The notes under the pieces: model-generated
Database searches by the model: none
Told to the model about the DNA's origin: nothing
The model's input: the letters and a program-made list of their open reading frames with translations, nothing else
Assembly: GCF_018350175.1 (NCBI RefSeq)
Contig: NC_058383.1
Span: 12,774,001 to 12,838,000 of the forward strand
Length of the DNA: 64,000 nucleotides
DNA from: Felis catus
Taxonomy: Eukaryota
Reading direction: 5' to 3'
In this document: in pieces, positions 42,434 to 56,027 of the stretch
How the letters are laid out: every line of letters begins with the position of its first letter
How positions within the stretch are numbered: the stretch's first letter is position 1
Made by a program: the position numbers and the translations under genes

Positions 42434-42949
42434 AAAATTTATTGATAGTCTTAATGCTGGGATATGGATTAGGTCAGAGAAATGCTTTATGCCTTAGCTC
42501 TGAGAAGTATTTCATCTTTCTGAAATGATTTTCCCATGGATTGAGATCTTGGGGCCAGCCTAAAGAAGTTTTTGAAGCATTGACCATGACACAATGTACT
42601 CTGTGTTTTATTTGGGATCTTGTGGGAAGTTCAAGTGCTATTAATTTTTTCTTGATCTGTTATATGTTCTATAATGGCTTATTGTGTGTCCCCTGGGAGT
42701 GTGACTGGAACCTTGGAAAAGAGAGCTAGAGTTTTTTTAACTTAAATTTCTAATATATTGTTTTATTTTCCTCTGTCCTCTGCCTTTAGTCTCTGTACTC
42801 TCCCCACATGCATCATTCTTGGGATATTTGAGGCTCTCAGGATTGCTGCTTCCTTTACTCAGTAATCCATGCATAGTAGGTACTCAGTGCTTATTTTCAG
42901 TTGACCTGGTTGTACAAAAATTCCATGAAAAGACCTTTTTGAAAAGGGA

Positions 42950-43200
42950 GCCACTATTTACTGAGTATTTACTCTGGGCCAGGCATTGTGCTCAGAATTT
43001 TTCATTCATCATCTCATTGGAGCTACCTTGTGAAAAAAACAAGTGATTTCCCTGTCTTACAGTTGAAGAAACTGAAGCTCAGAGAGGTTAAGTCAACTTG
43101 CCCAGCCAAGGTCAGTACAAGAGAGGCAGGAAATTCAGTGGTTCAAGGTCAGTACAAGAGAGGCAGGAAATTCAGTGGTTTATACCTGGCCCAAAGCTTG
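42950..43200 (-). mobile_element. MIR containing a 37-bp tandem duplication
   Basis: tatttactgagtatttactctgggccaggcattgtgct...ttacagttgaagaaactgaagctcagagaggttaagtcaacttgccc. Confidence 0.85.
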
Positions 43201-43966
43201 TGATCCTCACCCCTTTCCACCTTTCTTTTTAATGCAGATTCGTTTTGTGAGAGAGTCCCAAATGGGTCTCTGGTAGACCACATTTGTTCCTGGCTGCTGA
43301 AAATTGTCTTGATTACAAAGGAATTTTCTAGATAAAATAATAGCATTTAGGGAGGGGAGAGGACCTCACCATTTTTGGGGAAATTCTTTGTTTTCTTTTT
43401 AAGTGTTGGAGTTTACAGTAGGTGGCTGCTACTTACACCGTACAACTGCAAGCATTTTGTGGTTCTCCCTCTCTGTTTTTTTCTCTCTCTCTCTCCCCCA
43501 ACCCCCCCTTCACTGTTTATCCCTGTATTAAAATCTGACCTTTTCCCAGGTCACTTAGCTTAGGTAGATTTTAAGCCTTTGTCAAAGGCAAGGGTTCAGG
43601 CTTTTGTCTTGTGTGATTTTGGAAGTAGCACTTCCCCTGGCAATGTATCTCACAATAAAACAGACCTTATTGCTAGGTTTTTGTTTTTGTTTTTAACTAA
43701 CAGGTACTCCATTTTTCCTGATGGAAAACCGTACTAAATAGTTCTTTGTGTTTCTTGATATCTGTATCTTGAAGATACCTGGTGACAAATAGTGCATTGT
43801 TTCCTCAGTCATTGTTTCCTTTCATTATTCTCAGCACAGTTGTGAATCGGTCTCCCCCTTTCCCCATTCTACCCTGTAGAGGTTTGTTTATGTTACAAAG
43901 AGTATGCTAATGAATGTGACTGTTAGATTTGTTTCTTATGGAAATCCCAACTGTGATTAGAGTACT

Positions 43967-44013
<47 letters not shown>
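43967..44013 (+). repeat. (TTTA)n tetranucleotide repeat
   Basis: Seen directly. Confidence 0.95.
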
Positions 44014-45924
44014 GTGAAACCCCCTTCTCTTCTCTGGGCCAAGATGGGCCTCGCAAGTTCTTGGTCCAGGACTTTAGGATTCATACCTGGCTAATCCCTT
44101 GAGAAGTAGTAAAACACACGTACTCACTGGGCCTGAAATTTCACAGGATATCTGGGTGAATATGAAGATCAGTCAAGTCAAACATTTCTCTGAACGGTCT
44201 CTTTTTTGAAGATAGGCAGTTTTTTCCCCTGAAACTATCATGCTCTGAGACATGCAGTATTGCCCCTCTTTCCCAACTCCTTTGGTGAGAGCATGGTTAT
44301 CCTTTGCACATTCAAAATGGAAACACAGTAGATTTCAGTTTTTAACCCAGTTTGTGATTGTAGGGGAGACCCAAGTCAAAGCATATCTTTTAGAATTTAA
44401 TTGTAAAAACCCAGTGTAATGGGAACCAGACCTTTAAGTCCAGGGTTTTAAAAGTGATCTCTTACACCTGAATTTTATATATGGTAAAATATGAGTTCTG
44501 TATTTCCTCTAGGGCCTGTTTCAGATTGTGAGCACTCACATAGGAATTGTGTGTTTTTTAACTTTTCCTTGTGTTATTCCTTGCCCCTCTGGTGGTTTAT
44601 AATTCCCCGTCGTGATGTTTTCGATTAAGGAAACAATGTGGAGAAGGACTGGTAGAAGATGGGTGTCGGCTCCAGGACAGTGAGTGCCCTCTATTTACTG
44701 TTTACAGATGAACGTTACTTCAGCATTCTTGTTATAGATTTCTACATCTGCTGCCCATATTTCATCTGTACCCTTATTTCATTTAATATGTGTACCTGGG
44801 ATTAAGGACAGAGAAATATGTGTGCTCAGGCTGATTTTGAAATTACACTGTTGAAATACAGCCCATATGGCCATTGTAAAATGGTTAGTACTGCATATAA
44901 TTGCCTTCCCAATGATGTGCTTTGTCATTACTTCCATCTTCCAAGAAGCACTCCTGTAGTATGCTGACAGCAATGGCGTCATTAGAAAACATATGGACAG
45001 GCAAAGGCATTAAATTGTCTTTAGTTTAAGGATTAGATTACAGTGTTAGAGGATGGGTCACCACACTTCCAGTTGAACTCTTGTTCAGCACTGGTAGTCT
45101 GGATGCTGTAGATTGCAAAGGTCCTGTTGACTTGTTTGCAGAGTGTTTTTTATATCTTCCCTGCAATTTTGAGGAGGTCTTTTAGCTGTTCATAAGACCT
45201 CATCACAATATTGTAGCCAGTTGGCTTCTCTCGAGTGTTTCTTCCAACTGTTCATGCCTCCTGCAGAGTTTTTCTCTAGGACACTCTCTCCACCTCTGTT
45301 TTCCTGTGTGTAAGGTCATTAGATGAAAAAAGAGACTAAGTAGTGGAGTCAGGAAGCCACCAGGTGGCTGCCATGTTGCCCAAATTTATATCCTCCATTG
45401 TATAACATCTGTCTCCTCATGGGTCCTGACCCCACTGTCCTTCCTCCCTCTTCCCCACTTAAAAGCAGTGAGAGGCAGGTCCTAGAGGCCCAGGGACCAT
45501 GTGACAGCACATGGAAAGAGACACCCTTCAACCCTTGTCCCGTGGAGTTGGAGTTTTTTTTCCTGGCCATCCGTATGTGTCTGTTATTTGGTTGTAGATA
45601 TTTTAGGGATGCAGCGGTTCTGGGACATAGTATGCTTTGAATTTGTAGTGTACTTTATGCAGCTGTCAGTGACTAGTAAGTGAAATCACAGAATGGAAAG
45701 TCACTCATCAAATTTAATGTTTCTCTTTGGAGTTTAACAAATAATGTGGACTTGGAGAGTTTCTGAGCAATAAATGACTTTGGAGATCACTTGGTCAGTG
45801 GTTTTTGGGTACCTCAGGGGCACTGAATCAGCTGAGGGGAGGCCCGGACCTCATTTAACCAGAACTCCATCTTTACCTGTTGTACCTATTAGGGTAAGAT
45901 TCTCTTTGGGAAGTATCTGGATTC

Positions 45925-46410
45925 TTTCATTTATTCTTCTATTCAAGAAGTGTTTATCAATGCTTCTGTGTGTGAGGCAGGCAGTATTGTAGGCACAGGG
46001 GATGCTGTAGTGACTACGAGAAATAGATATCTGCTATAAGAGAGGCTATATTCTAGCAGGGTGGGGGACATGCTATAAATTATGAACACAAATATATTGG
46101 GTGCTGATGGGTTTTTAAAAGCAGGATAAGGATAGGATAGTGAGAATCTAATATGCATATGCAGCTGTGCAATTTTATGGAGGGTAGTTTAGGTGGGCCC
46201 TCTCTGAGGAGGTGGTATTTGGACAGAAACCTGAAGGAAGTGAGGGAGCAAGAAATGTGGATGGTCAGGGGCAGAGGATTCAAGGAGAGGGAAGCATAAA
46301 TGTGAAGGCTTTAAGGAAGGAGTGGCTTGGTGTGTGGGGAGCTCAAGAAGGCCATCGTGGCCAGAATGGAGCAAATGAGGAGTGGGACAGAGATGGGGGA
46401 GGGGCCTGTA
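45925..46410 (-). mobile_element. L2 3' fragment
   Basis: ttcatttattcttctattcaagaagtgtttatcaatgc...ggcacaggggatgc...ctctctgaggaggtggtatttg...gaaacctgaaggaagtgagggagc. Confidence 0.8.
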
Positions 46411-46722
46411 GGAGCTTTTAAACCAGTGCGATCGAAGAAGTTTAAAAACAGCTGAAAACAATTGTCCAAAGCTCTCATTTCCCAGCTCAGTAGAGTCTTT
46501 GAATTTTCCCACGATCACCCAGCTGGTGTTAAAACAAACCCAGATCTAGAACTCACATGTTGTATTCCTTCATGGAAGCTTTCCATTGTACCTTGCTGCT
46601 ACCATTCCAAGACTTCTGAGCCACGGGGCATCTGTTTTGGAGGCCAGAAGACTTGTGTCTCCTCTCCTGTTTATCGGTATGCTTCTTCTAAAAGACATGC
46701 TTCAAGAATATACAGAATTCCA

Positions 46723-46936
46723 GGGGTGCCTGGGTGGCTCAGTCAGTGAAGCGTCCAACTTTGGCCCAGGTCATGGTCTCAAGGTTCATGGGTTCAAGCC
46801 CCACGTCGGGCTCTGTGCTGACAGCTCAGAGCCTGGAGCCTGCTTTGAATTCTATGTCTCCTTCTATCTCTGCCCCTCCCCCACTTGTGCTCGGTCTCTG
46901 TCTCTCAAAAATAAATAAATGTTAAAAAAAAAATTA
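46723..46936 (+). mobile_element. SINEC
   Basis: ggggtgcctgggtggctcag head; TSD aagaatatacagaattcca / aagaatgtacagaactcca. Confidence 0.95.
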
Positions 46937-47039
46937 AAAGAATGTACAGAACTCCAGGACCCAGTCGTCATTAATTGGGAAATATCTGTGTTCTTCAGTG
47001 CCAGAATCCACCATCATTTGAGTAATTATTTGAATAATA

Positions 47040-47220
47040 GCAATAATGGCTAATATTTATTAAGGGTTCATTGTACCTAGAACATTATCGCATTTAACCC
47101 TCACAGCAACCCTGTAGGTAACATATTACTCATTTTAGAGATGAGGAAACTATGGTTCAGAGAAGTTAAATAACTTCTCTATGGTTGTGTTGCTAGTCTG
47201 ATTCCAGGGTATGTACTGCC
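47040..47220 (-). mobile_element. MIR
   Basis: taatggctaatatttattaag...cctcacagcaaccctgtagg...cattttagagatgaggaaact...cagagaagttaaataact. Confidence 0.8.
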
Positions 47221-47862
47221 TCCCTGATGAGGTGGAGGGGGTGCACTGGTCTCTGATAAACTTTTGCTGGAATATGCTCTTCCCACCCCATTTGAAGATG
47301 GCTCTAGAGCTGAGCCCTAGAAGTATTATACTGTCTTGTCACAACCCCCTTTCATGTCTGCACATATTTGATTATAAAGAGGATTTCACAGCCAGTCTGG
47401 CTCAGTCCTGGCAACTCTGCTGATTTTAGGTGGATTGCTGGTTAAGCAGATACCTTCAGTCTTTCTGAGCTGAATTTGGAGCATTTTTCAAGACCTGTGC
47501 TGTGAAGTGTGTTACAGAATTTAGGCCAGTGTTTTCAAGTCTGCAGACCCAATTGAATTGGTCTTGATTTTTTTCTCCTCCAGTGAAGTAAAAGCCTCAG
47601 ACACCACTAGTGACTATCTATACTCCTTAGGAATGTAAAAACCATCTTTTTAGTATTTGTGCTTTTGAAGATCAACATATGCTGAGCTTGCTATAAAATA
47701 TATTTGTGTAAAAATATGTATGTATGTGTATAGAAAGCATAACAATAACGAATACCCATGGACCCACCACCAGCTTTAACAAAACTAGGCATTTTACCAT
47801 ACTTTTCTTAAAATGGCAGGTTAGCTTTAATGTGTACTGTGTGAAGGGGAAGCGAGTGAAGA

Positions 47863-48020
47863 GCAGGGGTTTCTCACTTGGCTACACGTTAGAATTTCCC
47901 TGGAGAGCTTAAAAAAAAAGTCCTCATACCCTTGGGAGGGTAGAGGCAGTCCCTACCCCATCATCAGAACTTTAAAAAGCTCCCTGGGTGATTCTGTTGT
48001 GCAGTCAGGGTAGAGAACCT
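47863..48020. mobile_element. MER5-like hAT-Charlie MITE
   Basis: caggggtttctcacttggctacacgttagaat...aaaaagctccctgggtgattctg...gcagtcagggtagagaacc. Confidence 0.7.
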
Positions 48021-49099
48021 GTCTGGAGGAAGGTGTCCGTTTTTCTTCACTGGGTTTTCTCAGGTGCCCAGTACCAAGCCGTGTGATTAATGAGCGGTAC
48101 TCCCAGCCTTTATTTTTCATTTTTCCTGTTGAACTTTTTAATGTGGTCTGCTCTCCAGGATTCTCAAGGGTGATGTCCTCCGGTGCCCCTTTCCTGATAC
48201 TATCTCCCCCCCCCCCCCCCCCCCCGCCCCCGCCGACTGGGGATACATTTACATATTTGTTAGAAAGGATTTAGTGATTAGGAGTTGAGGCATTAGAGAG
48301 GGAACTCAGAAATTCAGAAGTGTTGGGAGCTGTGGTTGCAAGTGGGATGAGCTGAACGTTATTATAAAACTTAGAAGTCAATGGGGACACAGTGTTTCAT
48401 TTAGAAAACTTGGAGGCACATGCATCTTTATAGGAAGGCTGTGAGCCGTCTGGTGGCAGTTGAGGGCTTTTTTTTTTTTTTTTTTTTTTTTTGGCCTGAG
48501 TCACAGCTTTATCGGTACTATGTGGGTTAAGATGTATAGTAAGGTATGTTCTGCCAACAGAGTGGCCAGCTCTGTGTGGACACATCTGAGACTGTGACTG
48601 TGACATTTTCAGAAGTATTGTCAACTCTTGATTATTTGGGGCCTAATTATCTCCTGTGGGCCTTAGCTTTCCAGGGCACCCACACCTCATCCGGTGTGTC
48701 AACACCCTCATTCGTTCGATAAATGCTTATTGAGTTTCTCTCTGTGCCAGGCTCTGTTTTAGCCACTGGGGTTTGTAAACAGAGCCCCTGGCTTCAAGGA
48801 GTGTCTTTCTGTAGGGGACAGGGGTGTTACATTCTGGTGTCATGTTGTCCCCTGGCATGTTTAACAGAGAAAAAGGTGTGGTGGAGCTGTAATTCTCCTT
48901 CATTAAGAGCTCTAGGGAACCATTTGGCAGGTAAGAAGTTTGCCCTCTCTCCCTGTGACGTGGTTCAGTCATTTTGGTTACAGATGTTTTCACAAATGTG
49001 TTCCTTCAAGAGAGGCTGAATGCTGGGACATTGAAGTTTGGAGGGACTTTTGGAATCCGTTGAATTTTATTAGTTACCAGCTTTAAATGAGGGGAATGA

Positions 49100-49283
49100 C
49101 ATCTCAGGTCACCATCTTGCAGTTTCTGAGTTTGAGCCCTGTGTCGGGTTCTGTGCTTTTCAGCAGGCTCAGAGTCTGGAGCCTGCTTCCGATTCTGTGT
49201 CTCCCTCTTTCTCTGTCCCTCCCCCACTCACACTCTGTCTGTCTCTCAAAAATAAATAAAAACACTTAAAATTTTTTTTTTTT
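49100..49283 (+). mobile_element. 5'-truncated SINEC
   Basis: Lacks the ggggcgcc head and starts at ctcaggtcaccatc; TSD tgaggggaatga on both sides. Confidence 0.9.
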
Positions 49284-50259
49284 TAAAGTGAGGGGAATGA
49301 AATAGACCTACAGTTTAAGATTCAAGCTTAGGGAAGATCCTGAAGAAATTACAATACTCCACTCTCTTTCTGTTTCAAGTGGAATCCTCTAATCCACCTG
49401 TGTTCTCCCAAATTCGAAGGTAAGGAAGGTAGAAAGGGAAAGTTTATTTCTAGGGCTCTGTACTGGGCCAGGCTCTCAGGTTACTCTCACTGGGAAGACC
49501 TAATCAGAAGTGAAGCTTAAATCTGTCACCACGTGGGTCAGGGAATCAGGCACTGATGAGTATCTTTGGATTCCTGATAGAGGGAATGCATTAGAGATCA
49601 TTTTTGGAGTCAGTCAGTAAAATGGATCATGAGAAGAAAATGTAAATAAAGTTTGAGGGAAAAAATACTGAAAAAGAAATCTTACAGATTTTGGGTTAAG
49701 TGGAGGAAGAAAACATTGGTAGGATGTGATTTCTTTGCCTGGATCATTGTCTTTACCAGACATGGTTGTTGGCTAAAGAAGGAAAAATAAATCTCCTCAT
49801 ATAAAGAATGCTTTACACCTGTAAGCTCATTGAAAAGAATCACCTGGAATAATTAAGAAACCCAAATATATATAGTTTTATAAGCTTTTGGATTGCAAAA
49901 GTAGACTTTGACTTCAGTGTATGAAAGGGTGGGTGGGAAATGAAATTTTTTTGTTGTTGTGGCTCAAAGGATAACAACACTTTGTTTTTCCAGTTTAGGC
50001 TTTTCTGGTGGTTTTAGAAATCTGTGCGTCTCCTATCACCGTGTGTCCAGGTGGATAGAGTCCAGTAGCATACCTGCCCCATAGGGACTTATTTTGGGAA
50101 TAAGGGCAGGCACTTCTGAGAGTTTACAGAAGTGAAGATTTGCAGCAAAACATAGGGAGAGGTATAAGATGTTTCTGTTTCTCCTCTGATTAGGAAGGAT
50201 ATGAAAGTACTTAACTGTCAACTTTATCTCCACTGTCAACTCAATATTGATGTATCCGG

Positions 50260-50780
50260 TAATAATAATGGGAACTAGCATTTATTGCGTGCCTACTGTG
50301 TATGCTAGGTATTGTTCTAATTGCTTAATTCAGTTTGTGTAATCCTCACCTGGCGGTCTGGTGTGGCAGGTATGAACCCTGTTTTGTAGGAGAGGAAACA
50401 GCTGCAGAGAGTTTACACCCCAGGTCACAGGGTGTATTAGTGGTGGACCCCGTACTTTGTGGCTTCAGAGCCTGACTTGAACTACTGCATCACTGCACCA
50501 CGGGACTAATAAATACATGCTTCTCAACTGTTTTATTCTGACGCTTTTTTTTTTTTTAATGGGGCTTTTGACCCTTTCTTAATCCCCCCCACTTCTGTGC
50601 GTGTTTTCAGAGGTGATCTTACTCCCCCTTAGGGCTGTCACCTTATCACAGATGAGAAAATGTAGATCTAGAAAATTATGTTATGTAACTGCTCTGTATG
50701 ACCTAGTGCGTTAGTGGTAGGGCTGGGATGTGGAACCCAAGTTGCCTAATATATAGGTCACTGCTTTTCCCACTGCACTG
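50260..50780 (-). mobile_element. Two MIR fragments
   Basis: tagcatttattgcgtgcctactgtg...gaggaaacagctgcagagag; acagatgagaaaatgtag...gtggtagggctgggatgtggaacccaag. Confidence 0.7.
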
Positions 50781-53700
50781 TATTGTTTCCATTAAAAATT
50801 TTTTTCTAGCTGAACTAAAAATTTATAAATTTAATTTGTGTCACTCCTGTGGGTGAACTAAATTAAAATAGCTAGGTACTGTGTGATTTCACCCTAGGGA
50901 GGAGGGTGGTAGACACATTTTAGAGACTAACATTTGCCTGTGGGGTTATCTGACCTACTCCTGAGGACGTCTTTCTGGCCTTTGGGAGGTTTACTTAAAA
51001 GCGGAGGAAAGTGTTTAGAGGAAATGCAAGAGCTGGCCTCAGACTTGAGTTTTACGTGATCTGAGGATTCATGGAAGGACAAGTGTTTGTTTTTTCTTTT
51101 TTTAGATTTAAATTAGTTGTATCCCACTGGAGGGTAAAGTTAAAAAGACCTAAATGAAAAAAGAAAAAGACCTAAACACAAGCCTTCTTTAGTTACATTT
51201 CCTTGTGTGGCAAATAAGATTTTAAAAGGAGGGTGGAAAGAGCCACCTTGAATCTTGGTGTTTGGCTTTTTGTTTTTGTTTGTTTTTTTTCTTTGGGTCC
51301 TGTGATTCCTTTTGTTGTAACCTCTTTCCTTGGCTAATGCTTTGTTTAAAAACAAGTGCTCTGGTATTCTAAAACAAATTATCCAGCAGGCTCCCTGATT
51401 GTGCTCTCAGATAAAAGACCCCAGGGTAGTGCTCTTTCTATCTTTGAATTGCTGTTGTCTGTGCATGCCCAAAAGCAAAATTCAGTTTTACTGCAGTGCT
51501 TCCAACCCAGATTAATGTGGTTGTCTAAAACTAGGGAATATGAATTTGAAAGCAGAACTGTGGATTGTGTTTAACCCTTCAAAGGTACCTGATGGGAGTC
51601 AGGTCTATAGTGGGTAGCAGTTTTGTCTGGGGTTAGAAACTTGGGACTCCAGTTGTCTTCGAGTTTTCAGCCAAGTGACTTTGGTCCTGTCGTTAACTTT
51701 TAGGGAAATCTAAACTCTCAGTGTCACAATGATGCTAATGAGAATAGGGGCAGACTCTCAGACTGTGGAAAAGCACAGGTTCAGATTTTGCCCGTCACCC
51801 CAAATCCCATGTGGCCACAGATGAGTAATTTGATTTCACAGTTTCTAAAATTTTAAGGAGGTTCCCAGTACAAGTAACTTAGTGATTATAACTTCATATC
51901 AGAATTCCTTGTAATTCTGGGGAAAACATTCACGAAAGCCTCAGCCAAGTATTTTATGTATTTGATGAGAGCACCCTTTCTGTTAGTAAGGCTTCTATAA
52001 AACTTTTCCAAATAGTTACACTTCCTCACCCATTTTGGGTATGGAGAATGGGGATTGGGTGGTTTCAGGCTGTTGGGAACCACAGGTTCTTCTTGCCTTG
52101 TGCGGTGGTTTTGAAACCCCTGGTTGTACATGTGCATACCCCAGGGTAGCTTCTTAAACATACAGGTTCCCGGGTCCTGTTCCTCATCTACTGAAAGTTA
52201 ATTTCTGCTGTGTGGCCCTGGCACATGTTTTTGACAACCCCCACCCTCCAGGAGTTCTTTTACAGCAAGTCCCCTGCACAGAAGTTTTGGAATTGCTATT
52301 TTAGAGAATATTTTTCGGTGTTTTCTTGGGGCAGCAGTAATGGTAGCGCTTTAAAATAATTCCTATGCAGCCAAACCTTTTCTGAAAATAAAACACTCAT
52401 GCCTATTTGGCTTTTAAATTTTACATATTGTGAAGTAGAACATATCCTAAAGTAAGTATCGTGTGCAGCTCAGTGAATTATCACAAAGTAAACACCCAAG
52501 TAATCAGGACCAGGCAGTAGAACATTGCCAAAAATATTTGATTTTTATTCCTCAAATTTATGCTTCCACCCCTTCCTTCTCTTCAAATCCCCAAAATTAG
52601 GCAAATAAGGAAAAGTTGATAAAACATTGTAATAAGGTACAAATGAAAAACATTCTGCCTTTCTGTACTGGCTTCTTCTTAATTTTTCTCATTTCTGTAA
52701 GTTTTGGTGATGTTAAGTTTGTATTACCTTTGTTTTGATTCAGCCTTTATATCAGTTCCTGACAGTGACTGTCTGTTAACGCTTAGAGCATATATCAAGA
52801 TTAGGCTCTAAGGTCTATCTTTTCTGAAATCTAATTCACTGAAAATATTCTCATGATAGTTTTGAAAAATGTAAAATGACAGATTTCCAGCCCTGGCAGT
52901 TATGACTCTGGTAAACAAATGAGTCTTGTCATGACTGCGCCGGTCGCCTGGTAAACATGCCTCGCTGGCCAAATGCCTTTTATCTTGGTACTTGAGGAAA
53001 GGTGGCCTCTTAGTTAACAACAAAAAAGTCCGTCCTTTCTCTCCACCCCAGAATAATCTCTCTCGATCCGTTCCATTTGGAGCACTTAAAACCAAAGGTG
53101 ATGAAGTGCACTGAAGTTGTTTTTCCCTTTTGACACTTTAAGAATCATTAGATTCTTGGTGGGACAAGTTCTGTTTAACAGAAAGCTTGCTTGTTTTCTT
53201 TGGAAGGGGATACTTACTTACCCTATAGGGACCGGCAGCAGGCCCTGTGCGGGAGCTGTGTTGGGGTGAAGGGAGAGAGCTGCAGTCTTGGGCCGCAGGC
53301 CGTAGTGACTAATAATGATGTGCCAGCAGCTGCACATCTGCCCTTCCCCAGCAGGCACGTGGGTTCTGTGGATGTAAGAGCTGCTGCCTCCCCCGCCCTG
53401 CCTCACACTCCCCGCCCCCCCCCCCCCCCCCCCCCCCGCCCCCGTCCTGGTTATCTCCAGTATCAACTAAACAGGTGACAAGACTCCAATCACCCTGCCT
53501 GAATGGCTTTCCATCTTTCCAAAAGTACACCAGAGGCTTGTTTTGTTACAGTACATTGATTAAATAAATATTCCTGTGTGCACAAAGGAACTGAAATCTG
53601 TTATGGCACTCTGCAGTTATCTGTCCATTAGTAGCAAAGAAACTATGGCCCGTTTTCTCCCCTCCCCCCTCCTTTTCTCCTCTCTACCAGGCAGATTCTC

Positions 53701-55829
53701 AGAGGTGCAAGTAACATAAATTATCTGACCTCTGCTTTCAGGCACGTGTGAAGCAGGAGGGGTAGTGTCATGCACTTTGGTGCCGCATGCCATTGGGGTA
53801 GTGCCCAAGGTATATGGATAATAGAACTTGAGTGATTTAGATTCGAAGGTTCTTTCTTGCTTTGGGGTTGTGGGACCTTTGTCTCTCCCCTTCAACTCTT
53901 AGCAGAAGTAGATTTGGGAAGGTCTTTCAGATTAGCTTGACTTTTTTGCACAGGGGAGGATGCTTCTGGTGTTGAAGTAGTTCTGTGTGTGGTGTCAGAT
54001 GTGGACGCCACAGAGCCTCTGTGAGGCTCGGTCCCATTGTGTTTATTTGTGTATAAGTACCCTTGAAATGACAGTGACCGGAGGGACCCACACCATTTGG
54101 GCAGATAGCCATAGTGACAGTCAAGGGACAGGAATTGTAGTCACAGTGGGCTGGTGGGTTTCCTTTAGTTTTTCAGGATGGGGGTGGGACTTGCCAAGAT
54201 CAATGCATGTAGGTAAGAAACACGGCTGAGTTAGAAAGTGTTGTTTGTAATCCTTTACCTGTAAGCTGTCAGGCATCCCAGTAACAAGGGATGCTTAGTG
54301 CACCAATTGTGAAGTGACCAGTGCTTTCCCTTTCATACGAGGCATCATTGAAAGGGTCTGGATGGGGAAAGGAGAGGGTAGGAGGAGAAAGAATGAGACT
54401 GGAACGTAGGAAATGAGGCTTGTGGAGAAGACAACTACAAACATGATTTTGGTGTGAAGGAAGTGTTGTGTGGAGAGAAGTGTGACCACAGGGAGGTGTT
54501 GAAATGTTAGCAACTCCTAACATCTCCTGCTAAGAGGTGACCCCTTTGACAGAAGTGGAACGGGTGCCCTTGTGTAGCTGTGACATTAAAAAAATTGCGA
54601 GGAGCCTTGTAGCTGTGTGGCTGGCAGGGACACGTAAGTGGGGAGAAGTGTTAGAATGTAAAATCTCTTAGTGTGTGTCTCTTCCAACTGACTGCGGGTA
54701 ATTAGTTGGAAATGACATTAACCTAAGCTTAATTGTAATTTTGCATAGTAACAACATACCAGCTGTTCACTGTATTCTTTCCTGGTGGTGTGATTTAATT
54801 ATTTTTTGCTATCTTTTAAGCTCTAATTTTATGTTGTGTTTTCCTTTAACCCCTCCTTGCTGCCACGGCCACAGCCCCCACAGTTGAGCAGTAATGTCAT
54901 TTCTGCTGCTTTGGTGCCCACCCAGTGCTGAGGGCTTGGATTGCTCTTGGTTTTGCAAATCAGTTGGTGTTTTAAAAGGCCACATTGGAAAGTTACCAAG
55001 ATGAACATGGGTGATTGGAAACCTTGTTGTGGTTTTAGGATCCTCCAAAAGGTTTTAGCTTATGAAATAAATAATATGGATAATTCCAGGCCTATCAAAG
55101 GTGCTGAAAATATCAAGTGAACAAGCCGAAAGAGAACTTAATTACTGAACAGTGATTGCTCTGATATAACCAATTATTGGATCATTAAATGTTTATTACC
55201 TTTTATATGCTCCTTTCCCCCATAAGGGCAGTTTCTTTTTTTAAGTCATTAAAACAGAAATGGGATTAAAAAAAATTCTGCTTAAAAAATTTCCACGAGA
55301 CTAAAGTATTAAAAAGGTCTTGTGTGATCTGACAGCTGAATAGCCTGTTTTTCTTTGGTCTGTTGAATTAGTAATTAATGAAATGTATTGCCTGAGCAGA
55401 GAAAATAAGATTAGTTTTGCTTAGAAAGAAAACAAAAGCAAAACATTAACCCATAAATGCAGGTTCATATTAAAGTGAAAAAAAAAGTATGAAAAGAGTC
55501 AGTCTCCTTGGAAGATAAGATGCTCAGTGGTAACACTCATTTAATTAATTCATTCATCACTTTCTTGAACACCAGCATAAGGTTTCGAAGGAGTGGGGTT
55601 ATGTAAATATAGGGGAGGCCTGTCCTCATGGAGAATCACGGTTACCAGAGCGGTTAAACCAGATGCTTTATTGATACTGAAATGTCAAGAGCAGTTGCGT
55701 TACTAGGTACAGGTACATTCTGTAGGGCAGGGGTGGTGGTTATGAAGACAGAATTTATTTTTGGAGGCCACGGTGTTGTGATTAAGAGCAGGGAGAGGGT
55801 GGTTATGAAGAGAGACGTTGCTTTTGGAG

Positions 55830-56027
55830 GTCATGGTGTTGTGTGGATTAACAGCAGGTTCTCTGGAGTCCCATTACTTGGGTTCACATCCCAGCTTTGC
55901 AGCTTATTAGGTTCGTGTCCTTTTACCTCAGTTTCTTCATCTGTAAAGTGGAAAGATAATAATACAGGGTTGCCATGAAGATTAAGTGAGTTATTAGGTG
56001 CTATGACAGTGTGTGGCACATACTGAA
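55830..56027 (+). mobile_element. MIR
   Basis: tgggttcacatcccagct...cctcagtttcttcatctgtaaagtgg...gggttgccatgaagattaagtgag...tggcacata. Confidence 0.85.

Noticed and set aside
43107..43180. CRISPR-like 37-bp repeat
   Set aside because: Two abutting copies with no spacers, inside a MIR in a mammalian intron.
48921..48937. Recursive splice site CAG|GTAAGA
   Set aside because: Good donor but no polypyrimidine tract upstream of the AG.
48205..53443. Poly-C runs at ~48205-48233 and ~53410-53443 as polyproline coding exons
   Set aside because: No splice context or homology; simple homopolymers (G4-capable on the minus strand) of uncertain length.
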